Below, piece by piece: positions 36,447 through 49,200 of a stretch of DNA of 64,000 bases (positions are counted from its first letter, which is position 1; each line of letters begins with the position of its first letter). A program made the translations under genes and the position numbers. The DNA comes from Amphiscolops sp. MND2022. Lineage: Eukaryota. Under the pieces are notes generated by a model. It worked only from the letters and a program-made list of their open reading frames with translations, searched no databases and was not told the origin of the DNA. The stretch spans positions 67,830,001-67,894,000 of the forward strand of contig OZ076409.1 of the NCBI GenBank assembly GCA_964187785.1, read 5' to 3'.

Positions 36447-36682
36447 TATTATTTTCCGCCCCCACAAATTTATTTGTGTATGGGGGAGGAAAATCACAAT
36501 CTGTCTTTCGTTTTTTTTTTTACAAATTCTGCCAAATCTCCACTTTATTACCTCATTTATTAGCCATCGTGGCCCAGTGGGTAGTGCGTCTGCCTGCCAG
36601 ACACGATGTCATGGGTTCGAATCCGTGCTGAAGCGTTAAATTTTTGGCGGAAAATATCCCGGTGCTTAGCTTGCGTCTTGTT
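36447..36682 (+). mobile_element. Short interspersed repeat with HINE-like subTIRs and an internal tRNA-like (A-box/B-box) segment, copy 1
   Basis: tattttccgcc ... ggcggaaaata subTIR pair, cttgtt end; tggcccagtgg (A-box-like) and ggttcgaatcc (B-box). Second copy at 39638-39879. Confidence 0.65.
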
Positions 36683-36711
36683 TCGTTTTAGTTGCCGACT
36701 GTAACCTGACG

Positions 36712-37211
36712 ATGACTACCCCATCACAGAGCAACTCTTATTTCCAACCTAATCCAAAGCAACAGGAGCCGGAGACAGGCAGTGAACGATCTGAATCTAT
36801 TGAACTTCCAAAAGGCATTTCATCTACCATTGAAGCACAGTTTGTTGCAAATGTGCCCCCAAAGTCCAAGATTTTGAAATATGATTGGAAAATATTGAGC
36901 GGCACGATAGAAATTTGTGACGAAAACAACGCGGTAAAATTTTTTCCGTTCATCAAAGTACGAGTGGGCCTAACAAATCCAGAACTTGAAGATCTTGTGA
37001 CGTATATCCGAAATGAGTGGAAACTTCCGGAGCCTTGGTCGTCAATAACAGTCGTCGGAGATTTAACCGATTCAGACCTGGGAAAAATTTACGTCGTCAA
37101 GTTACAGCGCGCGTTCCAAACAACACCTGCTCTTGACAGGGTTCAGATTCTGACTCGGGAAAGGAACGCTGAAGTTGCGAACATTTTTGTTAGAGCTGTC
37201 AAGCCTTATGT
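36712..37211 (+). CDS. TRPM-like exon 1 (N-terminus, MHR1)
   Basis: ORF with KVRV...LVTYIRNEWKLPEPWSSITVVG; donor gttagt at 37212. A possible acceptor ttttag at 36691 means further upstream exons may exist. Confidence 0.8.
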
Positions 37212-40200
37212 GTTAGTGGATTTTTCTTAATGGCTATGATCAGATATTAATTGCTCCTGAAACTCCGATACAATAAATTCTAAGTGGGAATGTAAGGTTT
37301 AATTGACATTACCACCCTTGTTGAAATTGTTTGAAGATTTTTCATGTTCTTCAAAGTTGCCAACAACTTTGTGATGATTTTCTAGAATAATTTCTTGCAA
37401 AAACGTTCCCCTGCTTTTAAATGCAACTGAGATGTTCTCAGTCAAACCGCCATTTTAATCCCAAACAACTTCAGTCACATTATAATCTGCAAAATAGCAT
37501 CTTCGGGTATAACGCCAAATTTCGTATATTGCGCAATGTTTTAGAACCTCCGCTTCCTCCTTAGTGAAAAGGAATTTACTTCGGATAAAACGTCAAAAAT
37601 TCGGATAGTATTGAAAAATATATTAGTGGATATATATAAAACCTAATTGCAGACGAAAATGAGAATTTTAAAACAGTCTCATAGTGCCAAACAATGTAAA
37701 AGGGGGACACTTTGAGATTCTTCAATATCCATTTTGTTGCAAGACTTCAAACAAATGAAGGGTATCCTTTGGGGACATTGAACAATGTTTAAAAGACTTT
37801 CGAAAAAGTGTCTCACTGTACCAAAAAGCGACGAGGGGAACCTTTTTGTCTCGTCCGGTTTTGTATGGCACGTTAAAAAGAGGGGCTTTTCGCACTAACA
37901 TAGATGCGTTTTCGAGGTATTCGCTTGCTGGATTAAACTGAACAGAAATTTGTCGCATTCGAGTCTGTCGTAAAGAAAAACAAAAAACAGTGATTGTAAT
38001 GTAATGTCCATGCTCTTTTATTCTAAAAGCGCCGAGTAAAAATATGAATGTCTATTCGAAACACAGGAATTTTTCTCGGCGTCGTTAAAATGATTTTTTG
38101 AGGAGGCTGCCTCTAGCAACACAACTTCGACTATTAAAAATTTTCCTTGTCAAAAGAAACTCATTCATGTAGAAACGATAGTAAGCAAAGCTTCGTTGTT
38201 AGGTTGAATGGTTGAAAAAAAAACATTTTCGACAGACTAAGCATTTGTGCAGATTGATTATTTATTATTACGGTTTCTCAAAGTTGTAAGCTTACTGAAG
38301 TTTTTGACTCAAGTTCCGAAATGATATGTGTTAAGAGGCCAAAGCCTACATTCGATTGATGTTCTTAACTCTGTCATACGTTACCATTTCGAGCTTGTTT
38401 TTCTAGTAATCTTATTGAAGTTACGCTACTCGCATTGAAGTTGGATTCCACATTGATAATTTATTTCATTACAGGGATAAAGTTGTTGCCTTCTCTGTTC
38501 TTCCCTGGAGTTCAATTGCCTTGAAAGCATGCCACTTCAACGAAGATGGTTCGAAGAATTGGATCCAATGCAAGAAACCATCTGAGGGGAAAATCTTAGA
38601 TTCGAATCACTATATTTTCGTTGATGACGCAATCAGCGATGACGTAGATCAGGAGAAAGGATTACGAGAGGAATGCGAGAAAGGAACTCTTTCAGATAAC
38701 AGATGTGACCAGATGAACACGTCTTGCAAAAAATTTGGAATCGACGAAATATCAATAACAAGTTCCCCGTTGATAGATAATGTAAGCACAACTATCAATT
38801 CAGTGATTGATGCACTGACTGCTCGGACATTCTGTGTGAAAATTGACGGACCTCGCATACTTTGTTATGGAGACATCGATGTGGATCTTGTTCACCGCTA
38901 TGACACCATCCCTATCTGGGTGGGAAAAGAAATCGTCCAATCACAATTGGTTCGTTTTGTCATGAACATTTTTGAGCGGATCATTTGGCAATGAAAATCG
39001 TCTTGAGAACTCAAGCAAAATATCAGTTAAATTTTACGGTATCTTAGCTACTGACAAATCAGCCCTTGATTGCATAAAAACATTACACACCAGATTACCG
39101 TGTTGACTCAATGCTTGAACACGTTTGTTAAGGTGACACGTTATTATAGGTTGCTGAGAAAATTTGTTTTCACTAAACAATCTTTGAAACATCTTTGCCC
39201 ATTTCGAGGTTGCCGCATCTCCACGGCTGTGTGGTAACCAATGTGCAGCAGTAAAGAACACAGATCAAGAGAATGCCATAACAGTGAACAAAACATATTA
39301 AAGCTCTGTCTGTTGGTAAAATGAGAACACTTTACACGATTTCATCATCATTTGTAGTTTTCCTTAAAAACTTCAAAACTTCGTGAGCAATCATTAATGT
39401 TTGAAAAGACCACGAATATGGAAGGAAGCAAGTAAATTAAACTGCAGGATGCAGCGTCAAACATTATGTGTAAATGTACGTTTTCTATCCTGCTGATCAT
39501 ACGCTTTTATAAGTATGCGCTTATACAATACTAAGGCTATTGTCGAGCTATTCTTTCAATATTTTGGAAACCAAGCAATGTATACTTATAGTGCTGTCAG
39601 TTTAAAAATCAATTTACGTCACCTGATCTTGTTATAATTATCCGCCCACCTATAATGGGGGAGGAAAATCATAAACTGTATTGCGTTTTTTCCATATTCT
39701 GCCAGATCTCCACTTCTTTTACTCCATTTAATACTCCATTTTTATGTAATTTGGTTATTTTAGTCACCGTGGCATAGTTGATGGTGCGTCTGCCTGGCAG
39801 ACACGAGGTTGTGGGTTCAAACCTGTGCTGATGTGTTGAATTTTGGCGGAAAAAATCCCGGTGCTTAGCGGCGTCTTGTTTCTTGTTTTCAACACGACGT
39901 TATCTTGACCACCCAAAAAATTTGAGTCATGTAGGTAATTTTGAATAATTCCGTGAAAACGAAACTTCATGAAACTTGGAACTTTTAGACAATTGACCCC
40001 AATAGGGAAACAATCATCCCAGGAACAATTCCGCTAGTATAAAAACTTCTATTATCAAGTTATACTTCATAGTGTGTTTGCAACTTCGTAAATTTTAATT
40101 TTTGCTTCCTTATGTTGTTTAATAGTTGACAGCAAAGCTATACTGACAGGCAGAAAGGAATCGTGCTTAAATGTCGGTCTGTTCAGTATAGATAACATAG

Positions 40201-43200
40201 CCGTAAGGGCAATATTGATCAAACACGGCTCAGTGCGCATATTCATTTGCTTATTGCGTTGATGCTTTACACTGATAATTAAGAATGACGAGTAAGGCCA
40301 TGCTTCCTAAACGGTCCTTTATACTCAATTATTTAGCCAGTTGACGATATTATTTAGCCTGCTATTGAGCGGATTCAAACAATAAAAGTACAATGTACAT
40401 ATATTTATACTTTGATGTCCGAGTCTTTTCTGAACCGGAATCTCATTGAAACTGTCGAACGGTTAGGTACACATTTGATCAAGGTCTCGGTAGTGTGCTG
40501 AAAGAATCAAAAACAAAACTTACATAGAAGGACTATAGGTTGCCTTTGATCTTAAGGGAGGACGGGGACCTAACTCCTTACAATTACATAAATATTACTG
40601 AAATAAGATCGGAAAAAGTGGGTGAAACAACCTAGTCTTCCAACTCAGAGATCCATCCAAGGTACCTAATGGGATACAGGTCTGGAGGTAGCATCTCGAC
40701 GGAACAAAACATTTTCTTTCCGAATCAAACCATCTTTTTCTTTTTTTTACAAACCGTCTCCGTCAAAAACTCACAAAAACGAAACATTTTGAAAACTTTA
40801 TGTAATCAAAAAAGATCTTGGAAAATTCGTCTTGGATATGTAAACATCATAACAGCGAATGTCTTTAATTTCAACATAATAGACACATTACACAAAATTT
40901 GGACAAACGAGAACTTTATTAGGAAATAAATTCTTCGAAAAATTGCCTAACAAGAAGTTCATCGAATTNNNNNNNNNNNNNNNNNNNNNNNNNNNNNNNN
41001 NNNNNNNNNNNNNNNNNNNNNNNNNNNNNNNNNNNNNNNNNNNNNNNNNNNNNNNNNNNNNNNNNNNNNNNNNNNNNNNNNNNNNNNNNNNNNNNNNNNN
41101 NNNNNNNNNNNNNNNNNNNNNNNNNNNNNNNNNNNNNNNNNNNNNNNNNNNNNNNNNNNNNNNNNNNNGTGTTGCCTCAGCGACAGCGATGAGTATTATC
41201 AATCTTTTTCGGATAACAAACTGACCAATCAGAATCGAGCGCAGTTGAACGAATTCAAGTGAATAAGTAGACTTCCCAGGCAGTCTACCTGTAAGCAAAA
41301 TTTGCGTAAACTGTCTGTCAACTATTCCGTTTTTTGACGTTTTCTGTTACGGAAAACCGTTTTCGACTTCAAGTATGACTTCTTTGTTTAAGAATGATTT
41401 TTGTGGGGCTGATGAAACTTTCATAATTGTATTTTCTTGTTTCCGGCTTTTTGTGACTCCTAAAAACGATTACTTTTCTGAGAGGTTCGCTATATTGTTT
41501 CTCTTATTGTTTTCAGGTTATAAAACACGCTTTTTGAGCCAAAAATGGTCACATCTTTGGGTAATTTTAGCACTGTGCAACTTTTCCGGGGTAGAATTTT
41601 TCGGTAAACAGCCAATTCTTTTTCAGATGAGAAAAAAAATCTTTTTCCACCCTGAGCTGCCCCGCGAATGCTCCTCGTGTCTGAATTCAAATTCAGCAAA
41701 CTCTCAGATTCATAGTTGGGGTAAATAGCTGTGACCACAGATGGGACCCGAATGACTGATGGTATACTGATGTAACTAGAGACTAAATTCGTGAGAATTC
41801 CAGCTATAAAACGAAACTTTGAGCAGCATTGAGTTTGCAACAAATTACCTGCTGTTTTCAAACAATTTCGGTATCTTTGACTGCGCATACGTTGCGTCAT
41901 TGTAATTTTTGTAGAACCGACGGTAATAGGAGTTTTCGATTGATGACTCACATGAATGATGGTTTCAGGGTCTTCTTTTTGAAGCTTTGTTAAACGACCA
42001 AATGGAACGAGTGCGACTTCTTTGGGAATCGTTTGAGAGTTCATCGCTTTTATCTCCACATGGAATTGGAATATTCCTTCTGATAGAAATGCGCGTTAAA
42101 TTCGATGGATGGATCAGTAACCTTCAGCACGGAAAACTAAGGCATTTTCTGGAAATTTCCGAACGCAAATACTGGGGAGTGTTGAAGAAGTGTTTGGATG
42201 ACTCTCCTGAAAAAGCCTTTTTTGTGTTTTCCTTACTTTTCGTACGGCTTGAAATGAGCGACTTCTTTTGGGTCAAAATGAAATCGAAAACTGCAGGCGC
42301 TTTGTTTGCAATTTACATAGCCAGAGAAATGTTGCAATCATTGTCTACAATAGCTGACGTGAATCTACTGGAATCTGTTCAAAAAATGAAGGAACATTAC
42401 GAACAAAGGGCTATTGGTGGTTTAAATGCCTGTTATTCAGACACAGGCGACAGCAAAAAGTGCTCCAAACTTTTGCAAACTAAACACCAAGAGTGGTTCA
42501 ACAGAAGCTGTTTGACGCTTGCCGAAGGAGGGCATTTCAAAGCCTTCATCGCTCAGAATGGCTGTCAAAATTTAGCTCGTAAGAAATGGCGGAGTACAAT
42601 TAGTAACAGAAACTCACTTTGGATGATAGCTTTGGCTGCGATTATTCCGCAACTGGTCCTGTTCATTTGGTTTGACGTCAAGGTGGAAACCACAAAACAG
42701 CAAGAAATCACAAAGTATCGTGGAGAAACAAAAAGGATAATCGACGACAGGTCGCACGCCAGATTATTTTACCGAAAGTTCTATGAAGCAGCAATGGTGA
42801 AATATACGCTGAATATTATTTCCAATGTTATTTTACTCATCCTTTTCACTCATGTGGTGCTAATCGGTTAGTTTAATTTTTAGCCAAGGGGTGACTAATC
42901 TAATTATTGGGGATTCTAATTGATGGAAAACAAAACCAAAATGCCTTATGGGAAAAAATGAAAAGAGACACTTTCAGGCTCAGAACTTTTCTTCAGAACA
43001 AGCGGGACCAGCCCAAGTCGGCGCACCGCTCAAGTTTCTTAAATAATCAAAGGACACTATTCAAACTTTTACCAATTTCTCAGTGCCGAAAAATACCCCA
43101 AGAGATACGGGGAAATATCTCGGAAACCACTTTTTCCCCAACTGGAAACACAAAAAAAATCCATTTTGGAAAATTTATTTTTTGTTATTTTTTTCGGAAA

Positions 43201-46200
43201 AGGCTCAGTGCCGAAAAAGGTTCCAGCTCGCAAAACTACTTTTTCTCAAGCCGAAATCAGCTATGAAAGCGAGGGGGTTACCGTTTAACAAGATGAAAAT
43301 TTTGGTTTAAAAAAGAGCCGAAAAAAGGTTGAAAAAAAAAGTATTTTCGACAGTCATTAAGAAACCTCATCAGTTTCACTGGATCAAAAAGTAACAAAGA
43401 AGTCACCCTCAAGACTCGGGAAACATGTTTCCTTCACGGAAATCCTCAAAAAAACAAAAAAAATGTAAAGAAAAATCGAAATTGTTTTCCCAGAAGTTTT
43501 TTCAATTTTTTTCCTTCAGTAAGTGGCATAGTGCCGAAAAAACTAAAAGTGGCCATCTATGCTCGGAAAACGCTGTTGTTTCTGCTGAAAATCGAGGGAA
43601 TTAGTTTAGGTTCGGCAAAACATCTGAAAAAAGTCGCATGGTGCTGAAAAAAATTAAAGGGGACCCTTAGATCTCCCCCTCACTTTTGCAAACATCAACG
43701 CAGAAACTGTTGAAACAAAATCCCGCTGAAATTAAGATTTATCATTTTTAAGATGCTTTGTCAGTTGAACTATGCACAGCTGTGACAGACAGTTTTCAGT
43801 ACAATATCATGGCCCTACGCTCGGTCAAAAAGTTCCCTTTCTGGATTTGGTTAAAGCCAGTTTATAAATCCGAGCAGGATCTTTTCATCTTTTGGTACAC
43901 ATAAACTGTGCTATCGAAAATCTCCTTTGGTCCCATAAGAGACCTTGTATCCAGGCATATACATTATTGTTCACTTAAGCCGTTGACCTAAAACGAATCA
44001 ACTGTCAATAGCCAAAGTGATTGATAGTGTATTGGAGAGCCACGTAAAGACACCATCGCCAGTTGTCTTTGGAAAACAGTTCTCTCATGTATTGCAGTAT
44101 TGCCGAAACAACGGCTCTCTCAATTTTTACATCCAAAAAGTCCCTAGTTTCATCAAGTGGTTCAGTTATCCATGGTTGATCTTAACAGAACTCTCACTAC
44201 CATTTGTTCTATTAGTAATCCCCAACTCTTTCTCGATGATCTTAGTTTATGTCTTTGGGAAATCATTTCAGTGCTTGTTAAATTGAGTCACTGTTGAAAC
44301 TTCTTACCAATTTTGAATATGAACTACTAACTTCATGTTCATCACTTCCATCACAACAACCTAACATTTAAAACATTGCAGAAAATGTGTGAAATTGGCG
44401 GGATCTCCTCGCTGTAGAGACCATTTAGATATGAAGTGACTCATTCCTGAGTTTAGACCAAGTTCGGGAAGTTTAAACGCTAGGTTTATACATCGTAAGT
44501 TGTATATGAGGTCAAACTCGTAGAGTAATTCTAATTAGGATAATTCTTGTGCTTTTTAGCAACAAAAACCTTTATCCACAAAGAAACATAAGCACTGGAA
44601 GTAATTGCAATAGGTACTGAACTGGAGATTTCAAAAATTGTGCCTTAATAACCACAAACTGGTCGGGTTCTACCCATCAAGTCCAATCACGGCGGTTCTT
44701 CTTGGTAATGCAATCATGTTTTTGTACATCCTTACATTTTAACGAGTAATAATGTACGCACTTCTGAGTTCAATTTAGAACCGTCGAAGATTTTGAATCA
44801 AAATTGTAGGGCCAAAAATATTGGGTCCATTTGAGAGTTGAGCTTGTATTACATTTCCATTTCTTTATTACAAAAACAAATGCAACTTGCATGAAACAAT
44901 AACCTCAGCAGCATTTGAACTAGCAACACATCAAATAGAAATTGAAGCAACAATTCACAAGTAATGCCAACATCTGTTCATTGGGACGTTTGGGCACAAG
45001 GTCCCTTCACAATGGCAACATATTTGGCATTTATCGTTTGAAACTGTTTGTTGAGATATCGTAATGAAGTTTTTTGTATATGAGTATTCACAGTTTCAAC
45101 AAACGAAAAGTCATCTACTTAGCATACATTTGTATGATGACGTTTAGTCTTTTTGAATAGGGCTGCAAGAAAAACCGACTGCAGCTGAATGGATTCTGAT
45201 TTTCTGGATGGTTACTCTGGCTTCGGAAGAAGGTAGACAATTTCAAGAGTCAGGAGAATCTGGATTCAAGGAAAAGTGCAAGGTGTACTTTGGCAACAAA
45301 TGGAACATTGCAGATGCATCGGCGGTTCTCTTTTTGGGCTGTGGATTCATTTTACGATTTTTTCCAAGCCCCGGTAAGACTAACTGTAAATTTCGTTTCA
45401 AGGTTTTGTCAGGGACTTTTTGGCAGACCTTGGTTGGATTATGCCGAGATACATGCGGTTACAAAGTGTTGAAAGCTCCAGAAACATTAATTTTTGTAAT
45501 TTTTATCAAAATTTTATACCAAACATTTTTATCAACAAGAAATTATTCCGAGAAATGTCTTTCGTAACTGATTTTTGCCCTATGTTGATCCTGTGTTTGG
45601 TTTCAATTTTCAAGTTGTTATTAGCCAGAGGATGTTGCTTCACCTTCGCTTTTAAAATGTCTTGAGCAAAATTACCTCAAAAAACATGCACTTTTACCCA
45701 AAAAGACACTATGAGAAACAACAAAAACTCAGAAACTTTGTTTGAGAAACTCAGTGAGTGAAAAATTCTTGATAATTACAAGCAAAAAAGCTCAAGCACC
45801 CAGTGTTTTTACACCTTTGCCACGGTAAAAATAATAATTGACAAATGTGCAATTTTCAAGCGCCTCCATTTGAAGGTAAATTTGAACTGGATTAGTTTAC
45901 ACTGCCTAGAAACTAAAAAGAAAATCGCCAAGTAATGTCTTTCTACTCTAGATCCACTATTGACTATCCCTTCTAGGCAAAAAAAGGAAAAAGAGTTTCT
46001 CAAAAATGCCAAGAAAATACCTTATTGGTGCTCCCGCACAACCCATTTCTTTGACAAAAGGGCTTCATTTTGAACCAATTAGAGATATATAGAAATGATG
46101 TGCCCCAACTGGTGCCTTTTGTGGTTTAGTTTCATTTCCAGGTCTAAATTGGCGCTTTGGTTGACTACGTTATGCTGGTCTCTAAACTTTTTAGAGGGAC

Positions 46201-49200
46201 AGCTGCTAACGGATATTTGAGGTTGTCTCGCCAGAGGAACTTTTGTCTCAGTTATTGGTTTTATCCCAGATATCCCAAGTAACTTTGTCCGAATTTTGAT
46301 ATCTGAATCATTATCAAGCAATTCTACTCCCGCTGTTTTATCAGTGTTCCACGGATCAATTCAAGTTTTTTCACTATTCTAGTTGACATGTATCCGGTTC
46401 GAATTCTACCAACATAACAAAATTCTTTAACAACAAAACTTCTGTTTCAGACTTGGTGAAAGTTGCTCATGTCTTCTACGTTTTGTCCTTGGTTGACTTT
46501 TTCATCCGATTCACGAGTGTTTTCTCAATGAGCAACAGACTCGGACCGAAAATTGCGATGATATCAAAAATGACAAAGGATCTCGCAGATTTTATGTGTA
46601 TAGCCTCGGGTACGAGTTTTTATTATACTGGATTATTTTAAGCCCTTTTTTTTCCAAGATACTTTCAAAGCAGTTTCTCCAGTGACGAGAGCTAACAATT
46701 AGAAAGCACTATTTATTTAGTATCATAAAAATCACCGATATCTTTATCAGGAATAACTGCAACTGTTTTTATTTTTTCTACAAATTCCTCTAAATAGTTG
46801 CAAACCCTACTTTATGCACTTGTGGTATAACTGAATTAGTGTTTTGTCGGCGCGGTACTCCAAAAAATCACCATTACGATACATATGCCGCAAAAGTGGA
46901 AAGTGATCACTTGGTGTGAAAAGTATTTCGGGTAAAATGGTCTATTAGTGTAAATTTGTCAAAGACCGTAGTAATCCATTAGGGTAGTGGTGCAGCAAGA
47001 TGTAATATGAACACAGTGAATTCTATTCAAAACGCGTAATTAGTAAATGGTGTGAAACAGTCAAAGTTATTAAACTGGAGTTTCTTTAATTGCGTAACGT
47101 GAAAATGGTGTATATTAGTCAAAGTTTGATTAAATTTTACTTTTTATGGGATTCAATTTCAACATCTTCAACTGTTTCGACTGTGTTTCAACAGTTTCGT
47201 GAAAATTATTTACCCTTAGTTGAGACTGTTGAAACTTTTAACATGCTGCAGATCTTTTTCCAGGCAGATTTTTTTAACGATTCAATAATCTGCCGGTTGT
47301 AAATCTTATAAAATTACATTGCAGTTTCAACAAATGAAGTTAAAATCGAAAACACTTCTTGCTTCGTAACCGACACGATCACGTTGTTTTCACACTTTAA
47401 TTTCTCAACTGCTACTCTGATGTAACTACCGCTTCTCAAGTAGCACGCTCGATAACATGTTGAGTTGCACTTCACTACTTGACTGAGGTAACTGTGCATC
47501 AAAATGGCGTTAAAATTGGTATGATTTTAGCCGCATTAAAAAACTACTTCTCAATGAAAACTGATAAACTCCAATACTTCGAACTGCCGCCAAATTCAGG
47601 ATGATTCTGCTAAGCAGCTTCGTAAAAATTGAATACAACGATGAAAGTTTCTGTGAGAGATATAGACTATCATAGTGAAAGTTGTTGGCAACCTTTAAAC
47701 TTATGTCAAAAGAAGTTCAAGTAGTTTGAGCAAAGGTATCCATGAAGGTTTTGTTGTAACATGTCTCCTGGCAACGAATCGTGTTTGAAAATCATGATTT
47801 TAGTGTATATGATTGCATATGGCGTCGCTGTACAAGCACTCGCTTATGTCAATGTGATCAATCCTCTTTTCTCAATGTTATGGGGCATTTTGTTCCGGCC
47901 ATTGTTCGAAATGCTAGGAGAGCCAAATTTGGAGGAAATAGGAGCTGAAAATTTGGAAACCTGCTTAGAAAGCTCTGAGGCAACATGGTCTCAGCAAGGT
48001 TGCACCGAACGAAACAAAGCTTTACTGATTTTTGTGGTTTTCATGAAAGCTTTGTACATGCTATTCACGAATGTTTTGCTGCTGAACTTGTTGATAGCCA
48101 TGTTCAACAATCGGTACAAAACAGTGAACCTACAGGCGAATGAATACTGGAAATTCTACCGATTGAGAGTCATCTTGGAATTCTATTCCCGGTAAGACCA
48201 TATATCTTTTAACTTTTTCTTCAATTTTGTTCAATCTCTTTCTTCGAATGTCCAAACCATTGTACGAAAATCCACTAGCTTAATCATGCGGACGACTTCT
48301 GTTTCGAAACAAATGTGTTTTTATTTTGTCTTCAAGAGAGATGCATGCTAAAAATATGCGAATAAACGATACAAAGATCAAACGAACTCACTATTTGAAA
48401 TTTTTGTCTTTATATTGTTTGATAAGGTCCGTTAATTCCAACATTAACGGAAGCGCTGCTTTGAGAAGTTTTCGTCTTGCACAGCTCGAGTACGAGTTTT
48501 CACTGAAAATTTAATCATCAGGAATTAAATCGGGAATTTTTAAAATTTTGTAAAACTTTTTAATCAACTGATAAAATTGTCTTGCTTAACGTGGAACGGT
48601 TCCTGTCATTGAACGCCGGGGTGCCTGCAGCGATGTTGCTAGCTGTATAACAAGTTCATCAAATCATGAAAGTACGTCTGAAAAAAAGGTTACGTTTGAT
48701 AACGTACCCTCAGTGAGTGAATATCTTGAAAGGCATTCAATTCAAAACTATAGTTTGGAGCCTTCTGTAAATCATGTTTTGTCAATTGCAGATTCAACGG
48801 ATTGAATTCAAGATTAGGTTCCAATATGTGCTACTTTCTTATAATTTAAAAAGAGTATTTTTTAAAATAAGTTTTATTTTAGTCCTCTGTTGCCACCGCC
48901 TTTCATCATCATCTCACACGTTCACTTGCTGGCAAATGTGTTATGGGAAAAGTGGTCATCAAAAGAAACATCTGAAAAAGATGAAAAGGAAAACATTGAA
49001 AAGTGGGAAGAGCAAAGGTAAATGTCTATAGTGATTCTTTGACAGTCCAAACAAAACACCGAGATGCACCATTTCCAAAGCTCCAATTGATCCAATTAAT
49101 CAAATCATTAATGAAGTATAAGCTAAAGATTCGTTCTGCTCACGAAAAGCCACGTTCGACATTCACGGTGAATATCCCCAATCCAGGGTGCGTACAATTT

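Noticed and set aside
36562..36640. Functional tRNA gene
   Set aside because: A- and B-box-like motifs are present, but I could not form a convincing acceptor stem, and it is embedded in a dispersed repeat with a diverged second copy.
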